From Candidatus Krumholzibacteriota bacterium (GTDB lineage Bacteria > Krumholzibacteriota > Krumholzibacteriia > JAJRXK01), in contig CAVSGG010000006.1 of NCBI GenBank assembly GCA_963727455.1, forward strand, positions 32,001 through 96,000: a stretch of 64,000 nt of DNA, written 5' to 3'. The translations under genes were made by a program, and so were the position numbers. Position 1 is the stretch's first letter. Every line of letters starts with the position of its first letter. This document shows, piece after piece, positions 53,701-63,633 of the stretch. The notes under the pieces were generated by a model. The model was not told the DNA's origin. It ran no database searches and saw only the letters and a list, made by a program, of their open reading frames with translations.

Positions 53701-55326
53701 TCAGTGCTGGCTGATGAGTTGGGGGACGACGCCGCCCATGACCTCGTCGAAGCGCGGGCCGCGCAACAGTTCGATTTGCTTTTCGAGCAGCTGCTCCATG
53801 CTCGCGAAATCGAGTCCAATCTTCCTCCACACGAAATCGTCGTGATCTTCGACCGAGAGACCGTGGCCCGGTTGGATCTCGCAGCCGTGGTAAAGATGGG
53901 CGAAGTAGGCGCGTTCGTTTTCCTGACCCCCGCCGTACACGAGCACGTTCAAGAGCCCGTTGGTGGGAGACCAGTCGCGATCCTGGATGGGGCGCACCGC
54001 GAGGCGCGGATCCTCGAAGTACTTCTCCAGGGGACGCACCGCAGGGAGAAGCACCCGGAACAGGGCACCTTCTCCCTTTTTATTCCACATGCAGGTTGAG
54101 GCTGCTCCGTCCTCCATCTCGGGCTCGAGCACGGTGAGGTCGGGCCGGTTGAGCGCGTTGTCCGTGCCTGCGCAGAGAATTTCGGGCTTTCCATCCTCGG
54201 AGAGGTCGGCGAGGTAAGGTTGGTACATGTGCCCCGGATGTGTGTAGTGGGACAGTGGTGCTCCACTCTCACGATCGACGATCAAAAGGAAGCATGGACT
54301 GTAAAACTGTTGGTAGCAGATCGCGAGTCGCGAACCCAAAGTGAGTTTCCCCGTGCGCCAGGCCACCGAACTCACTCCCCACCCCTGATCGTAGACCGTG
54401 GTATCGAGCGTACTGTGCGTGAAGATCTCCGCGCGCGGGGGGCGCCACTTTAGCTTCCACACGAAGGAATCGGCCTCAGCGTCCCAGAGCCAGACTCTTC
54501 CTCCTTGGCTGCCACCGCGCTGGCTGGTCAAGAGCAGCCGAGGATCATCATTTGAAGGTCCCGGGAGCAACATCAGACAACCCAGCGGCGCGCCCAAGCT
54601 CGGCAGGCGAAGCGCCGGCACGAGTTGTTTCAGTGGAGGGTTCCCTTCCTCGGATTTTTGGTCCAGGCGCAAGGGGACGCCGATATAGCGCGCGTCGATG
54701 CGGCGTAGCTGAGTATTCAGGTCCATGGATGCGGAAGCTAACTGCGAAGCCTGCCGGAGTTGCTTCAGTTGAGGTAAACCCCAAATCGCGAGGGCGAGGA
54801 GCATCACGATGCCACCGGCGAAGGCTGCGCGCTTCAGCTGTTGTTTGCGCCGGTGGAAGGGAAGATCGAGCTGGGGAAGCTCGGGGAGAGTTTCGCTCTG
54901 CGCCCAGCGGAGGATGAGTCGATAGGCCTCGTGCTGGCGGTTCTTCAACGTGCGCTCGGAAAGACGAACCAGGCCCGTTTCTTTGCGCTGCGCGGAGATG
55001 ACGTCCCAGGTATCCCCGTCGAGCACGTGCCGTTTCAAGAGGGTGATGGGCGAGACATCGTCCATCATGGCGGGATGTCGTGACTCGAGTTCCTCGACTG
55101 CGATCTCGAGGGCGGTGCGGCAGATCTGCCGCACGAATTCGGGCTTGGCGGGATCGAGCCGATCCAGCCCGAGATTGCGAAAGCGCGGATAGACGCCCCA
55201 GTCGAACTCCAGCACGATCTCATAACTGCGCCGATTGAAGCGGCGCACGAGTTCGCACATCTGGCTCATTGCGGCCTGCGGCTGCAATGGCCGGACGTCG
55301 TTCCCGTCTCCCGAGGAACGGGGCAT
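53701..55326 (-). CDS. Membrane-anchored regulator: sigma4-like HTH, TM helix, extracytoplasmic propeller/FG-GAP-like domain
   Basis: LLKRHVLDGDTWDVIS...LSERTLKNRQHEAY; TM AAFAGGIVMLLALAIWGL; HPGH...DLSEDGKPEILCAG. Confidence 0.65.
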   Translation of the reverse strand: MPRSSGDGNDVRPLQPQAAMSQMCELVRRFNRRSYEIVLEFDWGVYPRFRNLGLDRLDPAKPEFVRQICRTALEIAVEELESRHPAMMDDVSPITLLKRHVLDGDTWDVISAQRKETGLVRLSERTLKNRQHEAYRLILRWAQSETLPELPQLDLPFHRRKQQLKRAAFAGGIVMLLALAIWGLPQLKQLRQASQLASASMDLNTQLRRIDARYIGVPLRLDQKSEEGNPPLKQLVPALRLPSLGAPLGCLMLLPGPSNDDPRLLLTSQRGGSQGGRVWLWDAEADSFVWKLKWRPPRAEIFTHSTLDTTVYDQGWGVSSVAWRTGKLTLGSRLAICYQQFYSPCFLLIVDRESGAPLSHYTHPGHMYQPYLADLSEDGKPEILCAGTDNALNRPDLTVLEPEMEDGAASTCMWNKKGEGALFRVLLPAVRPLEKYFEDPRLAVRPIQDRDWSPTNGLLNVLVYGGGQENERAYFAHLYHGCEIQPGHGLSVEDHDDFVWRKIGLDFASMEQLLEKQIELLRGPRFDEVMGGVVPQLISQH

Positions 55327-55499
55327 GCGCTCACACCTTCCTTGCCGCGCTGGTCCCTTCGCGACGGCTGATGGACCTGGGAGAGCATTGACTGTGAGAT
55401 TCCCTGGGAGCTTAGCTCCATTGTAAAGGTCGAGGGACGGACTACAAGGGAAAGATCGGGATCAACCGCGAGAACACCGTCTTGGGGCCGTCTTCGGGC

Positions 55500-56195
55500 C
55501 TATTGCTGGTTGCTGAGATAGACCGAACCGGCCACCACCAAGTTGAGATCAATGCCCTGGATCCAGAAACTCAGCATGGGCTGGTTGAGCGCATTGCCCA
55601 CGAGGCGCGGGGGACCGTCCTTGCCCGGACTACGGCCTTCCCGCGCGGGAAACATGGCCATGCGCCGGGGGATGGCGTCTTCGCGATCGCCGGTGGCGAA
55701 GGCGCGCAGTAACTCCAGGTTCCACACCCGTGCGGGCTTGGGATCTTTGTCCAGCGGGAGCAAGAAGAGCGCGTCTCGCCAACGCTCGTGCACCGGCGCG
55801 GCCGGATCGGCCTGAATCAGCGCGTAGCGCAGGGTATAGAGCCCCAATTTCACGGGTTGATCCCGGTAGTCGAACCAGGACGCGCACACCTCGGCCACGC
55901 CGACCAGCGATCCCTCGGCAATCTCGCCGTAGGCGACATCACTGAATTTCAGCGGGGTTTTCGCCTTGTTTAGTTCCCGTACGGACCAGATGCGCAGCAC
56001 ATCCTCGCCCAGGCTGCGCACGACCATACAGCCCGGGCGCAAGGCGGCGACCAGGGCAGCCGAACATCTCGCAGGAGGGGGCGTATCGCGCAACTCGACC
56101 CCGGTAACCAGGGTGTGCGCCCGGCTCTCGGCGGACCATCCCAAAAGGCACGCGAGCAGGACCCAGAAAACGCGATACCGAAGGTGATTGCGCAT
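55500..56195 (-). CDS. Secreted hypothetical protein
   Basis: Signal peptide; DYRDQPVK.GLYTLRY...H..RD..FLLP. Confidence 0.7.
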   Translation of the reverse strand: MRNHLRYRVFWVLLACLLGWSAESRAHTLVTGVELRDTPPPARCSAALVAALRPGCMVVRSLGEDVLRIWSVRELNKAKTPLKFSDVAYGEIAEGSLVGVAEVCASWFDYRDQPVKLGLYTLRYALIQADPAAPVHERWRDALFLLPLDKDPKPARVWNLELLRAFATGDREDAIPRRMAMFPAREGRSPGKDGPPRLVGNALNQPMLSFWIQGIDLNLVVAGSVYLSNQQ

Positions 56196-56366
56196 GATTG
56201 GTCGCCGGGGTTGCTAGAGGGTGGAGGGAATCAGAGCATTGCCACGCTTTGCGTTCAAGTGGCGATTGCCAGAGCCCAGGGATTCGTGTCACTCTGGGTC
56301 GTTCTCGGGAGATGGCGCATTCCCCGGGATTGACCTTCATCTTCTCCCGAGCAAGGCGTTTGACGC

Positions 56367-57926
56367 ATGGTTTCCCTTCCGCTCCTCTATTTCCTCGTCT
56401 CCGTCTCCGGTGCGAGCGTTCTCTCTCTGGAAATTCTCGGCACCCGCATCCTCGGTCCCTTCTTCGGAGTCTCCCTGTACCTGTGGTCCGCGCTGATTAC
56501 GGTTACTCTCGCCGCCCTCAGTCTGGGCTACGCTCTGGGCGGGCGCTACGCCGACCGTGGGCCCAAGTTGTCGCGCATGGCCGGGCTCCTGGCCCTGGCC
56601 GGGCTTTGGTTGCTGCTGATTCCCTGGATCAAACAACCGCTGCTGCAACTCGTAGAGCCCTTCGATCTTCGCGCCGCGGTTCTGGGCTCGGCGCTGGTAC
56701 TCTTCGCGCCACCTCTGGTTCTTCTGGGAATGGTCACTCCCTATGCCCTGCGGCTCAAAGCGCGCTCGGTGGAGCGCGTGGGGCGGGACGCAGGCAACCT
56801 CTACGCCGTCTCCACCATTGCCAGCGTGATCTCGGCCTTGGCCACCGGATTCTGGCTCATTCCGTATCTTGGCGTGCTCAGGCTCACGATTGTGGTGGCA
56901 GTGGTTCTTTTGCTGAGCGCTTCCTACGCCTTTTGGCGGGCACGCAAGGAAGGGGCGCGGGCGGATGCCGTTCTCGCCGCCACGCTTTCTCTGCTCGCAG
57001 CCCTGGGGGGAGGGACGAGTTTGACCCACGCACGAACTCTCCCGCCGGGCCTCTTGTGGGTGCACGATTCCCCGTACTCGGAAATCCGAGTCCTGGATCG
57101 TCCGGACGGAACCTATCTGCTGCTCGACGGAGGGGTGCACACGATCGCCGGCTTCGGGATGGGCGAGAGTCACCACCGCTACGTTCCTGTGCTGGAATCC
57201 TGCGAACTCATGCATCCCGAGCCGGGACGCATGCTTCTCTTGGGACTCGGAGGCGGCGTGGTCGTCCAGGCCTACCACCAGGCGGGGTGGAAGATCGACG
57301 CGGTGGAGATCGATCCTAACGTGGTGGAGGCGGCGCGAGAGTTCTTCGGACTGCGTCCCCACGACGCCAAGATCGTGGTCGATGACGCGCGGCATTTCCT
57401 ACGCGAGAGTGAAGAAAAGTGGGACCTCATTCTGGTCGACGCCTTCGGCTCGTCCTCTATTCCCTTCCACCTGGTGAGCGAGGAGTTCTTCGCGCTGGCC
57501 AAGGCGCATCTCGCCAGCAATGGCCTCCTGGCCATGAACGTCGAATGCCGGCAGTGGTACGACCCCTTGGTGGCTTCGGTGGGTCTGACCATGAAACAGG
57601 AGTTCCCGAAGGTCTGGGCACTTCCCACCCAAGAGCCACCCAACACTCTGGGAAACGTGGTGCTCTTGAGCGCGGTGGACCCGAATTTTGAGCTTCCCGA
57701 GGACAAGCTCCCCAGGCCGCTGAATTTCGTCAACGACGATTACGAGCACTGGCGCGTGGTCCAGATGAACCACGCCTGGGACAATCGCTTCGATCCGGCG
57801 AAGCTCGAGGGGGCGGAGGTCCTGAGCGACGATCGCAATCCAGTGGATCTGTGGTCCAACGCAGTCAATCGCGAAGCGCGCGTGGAATTGCGGGAGTTCT
57901 TCGGAGATTCTCCGCAGCTGCGCTGA
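56367..57926 (+). CDS. Fused MFS-like / spermidine-synthase-like protein
   Basis: Hydrophobic N-terminal half (LEILGTRILGPFFG, GNLYAVST); LLGLGGG, VEIDP, DDAR.FL, DLILVDAF. Confidence 0.9.
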   Translation: MVSLPLLYFLVSVSGASVLSLEILGTRILGPFFGVSLYLWSALITVTLAALSLGYALGGRYADRGPKLSRMAGLLALAGLWLLLIPWIKQPLLQLVEPFDLRAAVLGSALVLFAPPLVLLGMVTPYALRLKARSVERVGRDAGNLYAVSTIASVISALATGFWLIPYLGVLRLTIVVAVVLLLSASYAFWRARKEGARADAVLAATLSLLAALGGGTSLTHARTLPPGLLWVHDSPYSEIRVLDRPDGTYLLLDGGVHTIAGFGMGESHHRYVPVLESCELMHPEPGRMLLLGLGGGVVVQAYHQAGWKIDAVEIDPNVVEAAREFFGLRPHDAKIVVDDARHFLRESEEKWDLILVDAFGSSSIPFHLVSEEFFALAKAHLASNGLLAMNVECRQWYDPLVASVGLTMKQEFPKVWALPTQEPPNTLGNVVLLSAVDPNFELPEDKLPRPLNFVNDDYEHWRVVQMNHAWDNRFDPAKLEGAEVLSDDRNPVDLWSNAVNREARVELREFFGDSPQLR

Positions 57927-57963
57927 TCGAGAAGGCGAAGCGTTCACGCCGGGCGGAACGGGC

Positions 57964-58335
57964 TCAGTGCAGGGGTTTGATCTCGCCGGTTTCCTCGATC
58001 TCCACCGTCCAGCCTTCCAGCACCCTGGGAATTCTCTCCTCCACCTCCGGCGTCGCCGTGACCACGCCCACCTTGATGCAGGCCTCGCCCTCCGAATCGA
58101 CCCCCGCGTAGATCATGGTGACGCCGGGAATGGCCAGGATTTCTTGGTCGTGATCCGCCAGGACCTCGTTGATGGGGCGTCGCTGGGTCATCTTGACCTC
58201 CTGCGCTGGATTGGATGAGCCTCGACTCGTGTCCTCCTTCGATCCGCAGGCACCGCACACCACAGCTAGCGCGGATAGGACGAAGATCCACCGAATCGAG
58301 CTTCGTGCGCGCGCAGCCGTTGCCAAAGTCCTCAT
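57964..58335 (-). CDS. Small lipoprotein consisting of a stand-alone protease pro-domain homologue
   Basis: Hydrophobic stretch ending VVCGAC; ILAIPGV...GVD..G...IP..LEG..V...TG.I. Confidence 0.7.
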   Translation of the reverse strand: MRTLATAARARSSIRWIFVLSALAVVCGACGSKEDTSRGSSNPAQEVKMTQRRPINEVLADHDQEILAIPGVTMIYAGVDSEGEACIKVGVVTATPEVEERIPRVLEGWTVEIEETGEIKPLH

Positions 58336-58376
58336 GGACAACCTCTTGGGTGGGAGCCTCTGCACGGAAGCATAGC

Positions 58377-58407
58377 AGAACGCCTGCCCCGAGGGGACAG
58401 GCGTTCT
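58377..58407. terminator. Hairpin between the protease and pro-domain genes
   Basis: AGAACGCCTG-CCCC-GAG-GGG-A-CAGGCGTTCT; weak U-tract. Confidence 0.5.
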
Positions 58408-58454
58408 TGCGCTTGGGAGCCACGCTGGGCGTGGCGCGTATCATTCGACCTGGT

Positions 58455-59612
58455 TTAGTTGCCGACCATCGTCGCGTTCAAGAAGCTTAGCACATCGCCG
58501 ATGGGGTTGGCAATCGCCGCAGTCCGGCTACCCGCAAACAGCAAACCCACCGCGCGCGGGTTGTTGCTGACGTCTTCGACCATGAGAGAACCGCTGTCCC
58601 CGCTGTCGAGGAAGCTCGAGTGCTTCTGGCCAACGACGATCTGGCCGGTGAAGGTCTTGGTGAAGGCCGTACCGCCAGCGCACTCGTTCTCGTAGCTGAT
58701 GCTCACGCTCGCGTTGAGACCGCTCACGCTGGAACGCGAGAGACCCGTCGTGCGACCGCTCTTCTTGACATTTTGGCCCACGAACGCGGCCACGGTCTGG
58801 CTGCTCAGGGTCCCGATCTCGAGGATCGACCCGTCGCTCGACACCATGCCCGGGATGACCTGCGCCACTGCGCAGTCCACGTTGTTGTTGGGCAAGGAAT
58901 GCTTGAGCGAGAGGGTGGCGACGGCCTGTGCGCTTCCGGCGCTGCAGTTCACGTCGATCAGACCCGGCTGAATGATGGGATCGCCATTGCTGGCGGTGCG
59001 GTTGTTACCGCCGCTGACGATGTCGGCCTCAAATACATGCCAGTTCGAGAGTACGTACTGGCTGCCACCGATCTGGATCAAGGAGCCCAGAGTGCCGCCG
59101 CAGCAGTAACCGTTGGCCAGGTCATAGGACCAGCCACCCGAAGTGCCGAGTTCGATGGGAGGAGTCTGGATGGCCGTGTGGCTCACACCGCCGCCGCCGC
59201 CCCCGCCGTGTCCGCCGCCGCCGCCGCCACCGCCCGGAGGGCCTTTCATGGCGACGAGATGACCCACCACCATCTGCTTCACCTTCAAGCCCTGGATGCG
59301 GGCGGGGAAGGTGGCGGAGGGTACGGCAGTCTCAGTGAGCACGAGGAGCACGGGTGCGCCGTTGTCATCCACGCCCGTCGCCGTTCCCACGACCTGATTG
59401 GTCGCCATGAGGACCGGTGTGTTCTTGAGCTGAACGTCCATCGCAGCCTGCATGGCCGTGTTGGAACGGCTATACAGCTGCGAGAGTTCGGCTTGATTCT
59501 GGGTTTGCGGTCCGGTGAGGGTGCTCGAGTCGTTCGAGCAGCCAACCCAGGCCAAGGAAATGATGAGCAGAACAGCGAGAATTCCACTCATCCTGCGACG
59601 GTTCATCTGCAT
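58455..59612 (-). CDS. Trypsin-like (S1/PA clan, Nal1-type) serine protease lipoprotein with pro-domain and Gly-rich linker
   Basis: GGAGG RBS; lipobox WVGC; GTLG, LSNWHV, VDCA, KSGRTTG, GDSGS, GLLFAGS. Confidence 0.88.
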   Translation of the reverse strand: MQMNRRRMSGILAVLLIISLAWVGCSNDSSTLTGPQTQNQAELSQLYSRSNTAMQAAMDVQLKNTPVLMATNQVVGTATGVDDNGAPVLLVLTETAVPSATFPARIQGLKVKQMVVGHLVAMKGPPGGGGGGGGHGGGGGGGVSHTAIQTPPIELGTSGGWSYDLANGYCCGGTLGSLIQIGGSQYVLSNWHVFEADIVSGGNNRTASNGDPIIQPGLIDVNCSAGSAQAVATLSLKHSLPNNNVDCAVAQVIPGMVSSDGSILEIGTLSSQTVAAFVGQNVKKSGRTTGLSRSSVSGLNASVSISYENECAGGTAFTKTFTGQIVVGQKHSSFLDSGDSGSLMVEDVSNNPRAVGLLFAGSRTAAIANPIGDVLSFLNATMVGN

Positions 59613-59887
59613 GGAGTCATCCTCCTCCAGTGGCGAGAGAGTAGTTGTTCTGAAGGAATACGAGATTTCGATTAGATCACTTGTTCGAAATCGCTGTCAA
59701 GGGCTCTACTCCGTTTAAATACACTCCGCCAGTGAATTTAAACCGGATCCGAATCTTTTCCTTTTCGTTCTCTGCGCTTCAGGGCAATCTTGGGAACGCG
59801 GTGTGAGGGATGCGGAGGCCCGTCTCCTCGCGCGGCGCATACAGATCGTTTTGGCAGGAAAACCCCACGCGCAAGGGGCATACGCTC

Positions 59888-61357
59888 ATGAATCGCTCAC
59901 ACCGTCTCGGACTCTTTCTCCTTGTCGGGATACTCCTGTTGGCCCCGGCGGCCTTTGCCCAAGTAGAGGGCCCTCATCTCGGGTTTTCCGTCCAGGGAGG
60001 GCGAAACTTCTGGACCGGGGGCAAGCCTCTCGAGAGCGATTTCATCTATGGTGGCCGCCTCGCGCTGATGCCCTGGTCACGGGTGGGGGTCGAGGGCACG
60101 CTCGAGTTGCATCCGACGCAGAATGCCGGGGGCGATGACTTCCGGGTGACGCATCTCAGCGCGAACGCCATCGTCGAGATTCTTCCCTTTCAACGTTTCA
60201 ATCCTTATGTCACGGCGGGTCTCGTGCGTCTTCATGTCGATGATTTGAGTGCGGGCGAGGAAAACTGGAACGGATGGGAATTCGGAGGCGGCGTCCTGGT
60301 GGCTCTCGCGAACGCCGAGGGACGTCGCGTCGATTTGAGAGTGGATTTGCGGCGCGTGGTAACTGAGCGCAAGAATGCTGGACCCAACGACGACAACTTT
60401 CCCACGAATTGGATTGCCACCCTCGGCTTGCGCTTCGCATTCGGCGCCAATGCCGCCGACGGTGACGCGGACGGGGTGCCCGACCGCAAAGATCGCTGCG
60501 CCGGAACTCCCCGCATGGCATCCGTCGACGAATACGGTTGTCCGACCGATGGCGACAACGACGGCGTCTTCGATGGTCTCGACCGCTGCCCGGACACGCC
60601 CCAGGGCGCGAAAGTGGACGAGGACGGCTGTCCGGTCGACAGCGACGGGGACGGTGTCTACGACCTCTTGGATCGTTGCCCCAATACCACTCCCGGCGTA
60701 CCGGTGGACGAGATGGGATGCGCGCTCGACGCGGATCAAGATGGTGTACCCGACGGGATCGATCGTTGTCCCGACACCAAAGAGGGCGAAAAGGTCGACA
60801 AGTGGGGCTGCGAAGTGGACAACGACGGCGACGGCGTGCCCGACCGCATCGACCGCTGTCCGGGTACCCCGCCCAAGGTCGCGGTGGACGAGCGGGGATG
60901 TCCCATTCCTCAGAGCGCGCGTGAAATTCAGTTACTCGATACAGGGCTGCTGCGTTTGAACAATGTGCAGTTCGAGAGCGCGAAAGCAGAGATCAAGCCG
61001 GAATCGTATCCCGCTCTGACCGACGTCGCCAAGATCCTGGTGAAGTGGCCTAGCCTGCGGATCGAGATTGGTGGACACACCGATTCGAGAGGTTCGGCCG
61101 AGTTCAATCAGAAACTGAGCGAGGCGCGCGCGCAAGCGGTCTTCAATTGGCTGACGGAAAACTTTCCTCAGCTGCGCGCGGAGCAGTTCTTGATTCGCGG
61201 CTACGGTGAGAGCCAGAGTATCGCAGACAACGCAACGGCAGAGGGTCGCGCACTCAACCGTCGCGTGGAATTCAAGGTTCTCAATCGGGAGGTTTTGCGC
61301 CACGAGGTTCCGTTGAACCCCGAGGAAGGCTCGAAAATCAACCCTAAGAAGCCTTGA
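59888..61357 (+). CDS. OmpA-family protein: beta-barrel, TSP3 Ca-binding repeats, peptidoglycan-binding domain
   Basis: Five D.DGDGV.D..DRCP.T repeats; IEIGGHTD, NQKLSEARA, NRRVEF. Confidence 0.92.
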   Translation: MNRSHRLGLFLLVGILLLAPAAFAQVEGPHLGFSVQGGRNFWTGGKPLESDFIYGGRLALMPWSRVGVEGTLELHPTQNAGGDDFRVTHLSANAIVEILPFQRFNPYVTAGLVRLHVDDLSAGEENWNGWEFGGGVLVALANAEGRRVDLRVDLRRVVTERKNAGPNDDNFPTNWIATLGLRFAFGANAADGDADGVPDRKDRCAGTPRMASVDEYGCPTDGDNDGVFDGLDRCPDTPQGAKVDEDGCPVDSDGDGVYDLLDRCPNTTPGVPVDEMGCALDADQDGVPDGIDRCPDTKEGEKVDKWGCEVDNDGDGVPDRIDRCPGTPPKVAVDERGCPIPQSAREIQLLDTGLLRLNNVQFESAKAEIKPESYPALTDVAKILVKWPSLRIEIGGHTDSRGSAEFNQKLSEARAQAVFNWLTENFPQLRAEQFLIRGYGESQSIADNATAEGRALNRRVEFKVLNREVLRHEVPLNPEEGSKINPKKP

Positions 61358-61410
61358 TCGTGGAGAATTGAGCGCGACGGGAGTTCTTGATTTCTAAAAG
61401 GAGATCTGCC

Positions 61411-61824
61411 ATGACCGTTCAGATTTCTCGCGTCGATTATTACTATGCCAGCACCGAGGATCGACCGGGTGCGACCTACCAGATCTTGCACGCCTTGGCG
61501 GAAGCCGGTGTGAGCATGCTGGCGTTCAGCGCGATGCCGGTAGGACCGAGCAGGGCCCAGCTCACGCTCTTTCCCGCCGAGAGCGACGGGCTTCTGCGCG
61601 TGGCTCCACGTTTGGGTCTGAGTCTCTCACAGCCGCAGCGAGCAATTCTGGTGGAAGGTGAAGACGAGCTGGGCGCGCTGGGTGAGGTACACCGCAAACT
61701 CTACGATGCCAAGGTGAACGTCTTTGCTTCCAGCGGAGTCACCGCGGGACAGGGGCGCTTCGGCTATCTCTTGTACGTGAGACCGGAAGACTACGAACGC
61801 GCGGCCAGCGTGCTGGGGATCTAG
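61411..61824 (+). CDS. Tandem ACT-domain-like protein
   Basis: AAGGAG RBS; EDRPG...LAEAGVSM; D..GAL.....L..AKVNV. Confidence 0.7.
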   Translation: MTVQISRVDYYYASTEDRPGATYQILHALAEAGVSMLAFSAMPVGPSRAQLTLFPAESDGLLRVAPRLGLSLSQPQRAILVEGEDELGALGEVHRKLYDAKVNVFASSGVTAGQGRFGYLLYVRPEDYERAASVLGI

Positions 61825-61843
61825 AACGCGAGGCCATCGCGCG

Positions 61844-62182
61844 TCAGAAGGAGGCGAGTGCCTCTTTCTCGCTCGGGTAGATCCCGATGACTTTGTCGAA
61901 GCGCGTGGTGGCGAAGATGTGCGCGATGCGCTCGTTGGGTTGACACATCTTGATCGTGCCCCCCTCATCGCGAATGGCGTGATAGACGGCCACGATGAAT
62001 CCCAGGCCTGTAGAGTTGATCCACCTGAGCTCAGAGAGATTCAAGAGGATGCGCCGCGTACCGGCGTCGATGGTCTTCTGTACGCCCCCCTTGAAGGTCG
62101 CGTCGTCCGCCGGACCTCCCCGCAGTTCTCCCAAAAGGTCGAAGATGACGACGTCGCCTTCGTCGCGTTGCCGCATATCCAT
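61844..62182 (-). CDS. STAS-domain anti-sigma-factor antagonist
   Basis: ILLNLSELRWINSTGLG, EKEALASF; GGAGG RBS. Confidence 0.88.
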   Translation of the reverse strand: MDMRQRDEGDVVIFDLLGELRGGPADDATFKGGVQKTIDAGTRRILLNLSELRWINSTGLGFIVAVYHAIRDEGGTIKMCQPNERIAHIFATTRFDKVIGIYPSEKEALASF

Positions 62183-62234
62183 GGGATCGCCTCCCTGAAA
62201 CCAATTTCTTCCTCGAACCAAATAATAGTCCGCT

Positions 62235-62750
62235 CTACCGCCTCAAGCCAAGCTCACTCGACGCGCGTTCCCAGACTTGGAAGGTGAACGCGGGGCCGCC
62301 TTCGCTCTCGGCCCCGTGAGCTTCCTCCCACACCAGCTGCCATTCCCGCTTGGGGAGCTCGGGGAAGCTCGCGTCTCCCTCAACTACGCAATGCATGCGC
62401 GTGAGATGCACTTTCTCTGCATGCGGGAGGGCCAGGCGGTAGATCTGGGCTCCCCCCACCACGAAGACCTCGTCCTCCTCGGCCGCCTCGCAGACCGAAA
62501 CCAGCTCCGCCCAGCTCGTAGCCACGCGCGCGCCCTCGATGCTCAGATCCCGATCGCGCGTGAGCACCACGGTTCTTCGTCCGGGAAGGGGCCGCCCCAC
62601 CGAGTCGAAGGTCTTGCGGCCCATGAGCAGGCAGTGTCCCATGGTGATCTTCTTGAAGCGCTTGAGGTCGGAGGAAACGTGCCAGGGCAGCTCCCCGGCG
62701 TTTCCGATGATCCCATTTTCTGAGACTGCCACGACGATGGTGAATTTCAT
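62235..62750 (-). CDS. folA: Dihydrofolate reductase
   Basis: [44 protein letters not shown]. Confidence 0.95.
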   Translation of the reverse strand: MKFTIVVAVSENGIIGNAGELPWHVSSDLKRFKKITMGHCLLMGRKTFDSVGRPLPGRRTVVLTRDRDLSIEGARVATSWAELVSVCEAAEEDEVFVVGGAQIYRLALPHAEKVHLTRMHCVVEGDASFPELPKREWQLVWEEAHGAESEGGPAFTFQVWERASSELGLRR

Positions 62751-63541
62751 ATGGCGACCGGAGCCGGGATGTGTGGATGCGGCTCGTATCCCTCGAGCTT
62801 GAAATCCCCGTACACGAAGTCGCCGAGCTTGCGCCTGGCGGGATTGAGGTTCATTCGAGGCAGCGCGCGGGGCACTCGTTCCAGTTGAAGACGGGCCTGA
62901 TCGAAGTGGTTGGCGTAGAGATGCACGTCTCCAAAAGTGTGGATGAATTCGCCCGGTTCGAGCTTCGAGACCTGCGCCACCATCAAGGTGAGCAAGGCAT
63001 AACTGGCGATGTTGAAAGGGACTCCGAGAAATACGTCGGCGCTGCGCTGATAGAGCTGGCAGGAAAGCTTGCCCCGCGCCACGTAGAACTGGAAGAGGCA
63101 GTGACAGGGAGGCAGGGCCATCTGCTCGATCTGGCCCACGTTCCAGGCACACACCAGATGCCGGCGGCTGTCCGGATTTTCTTCAAGCCCCCGCAAGAGT
63201 TGGCCGATCTGATCGATGTGCCGCCCATCCGGAGTGGGCCAGCTTCGCCACTGGTAGCCGTAGATGGGTCCGAGATCGCCGTTTTCATCGGCCCATTCGT
63301 CCCAGATTCTCACCCGGTTCTCGCGCAGATAGGCCACGTTCGTTTCGCCCCGCAAAAACCACAGCAGCTCGTGGATGATGCTGCGCAGATGCAGCTTCTT
63401 GGTCGTCAAGAGCGGAAAGCCCTCCGCCAGATCGAAGCGCATCTGATGTCCGAACAGACTTCGGGTGCCCGTGCCGGTGCGATCGGGCTTGTCCGTGCCT
63501 TCGTCGAGGATTTTTTGCAGCAATTCGAGATAGAGACGCAC
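62747..63541 (-). CDS. thyA: Thymidylate synthase
   Basis: [38 protein letters not shown]. Confidence 0.97.
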   Translation of the reverse strand: MRLYLELLQKILDEGTDKPDRTGTGTRSLFGHQMRFDLAEGFPLLTTKKLHLRSIIHELLWFLRGETNVAYLRENRVRIWDEWADENGDLGPIYGYQWRSWPTPDGRHIDQIGQLLRGLEENPDSRRHLVCAWNVGQIEQMALPPCHCLFQFYVARGKLSCQLYQRSADVFLGVPFNIASYALLTLMVAQVSKLEPGEFIHTFGDVHLYANHFDQARLQLERVPRALPRMNLNPARRKLGDFVYGDFKLEGYEPHPHIPAPVAI

Positions 63542-63633
63542 CGAAATTCTCGCAGACAAAACGAGGAACGAGGAAGCTCAGGCGTTGCTGGGCCCATGGT
63601 ACGCGGAATCGGCGGCGCCGGGCAAGCCGGCGA

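Noticed and set aside
53335-53845. ORFs 53335..53691 and 53474..53845
   Set aside because: Run through a terminator, have atypical composition, and the second overlaps a convergent gene.
60455-60905. ~87-bp periodic repeats
   Set aside because: Ordinary TSP3 repeats inside the OmpA-family CDS.
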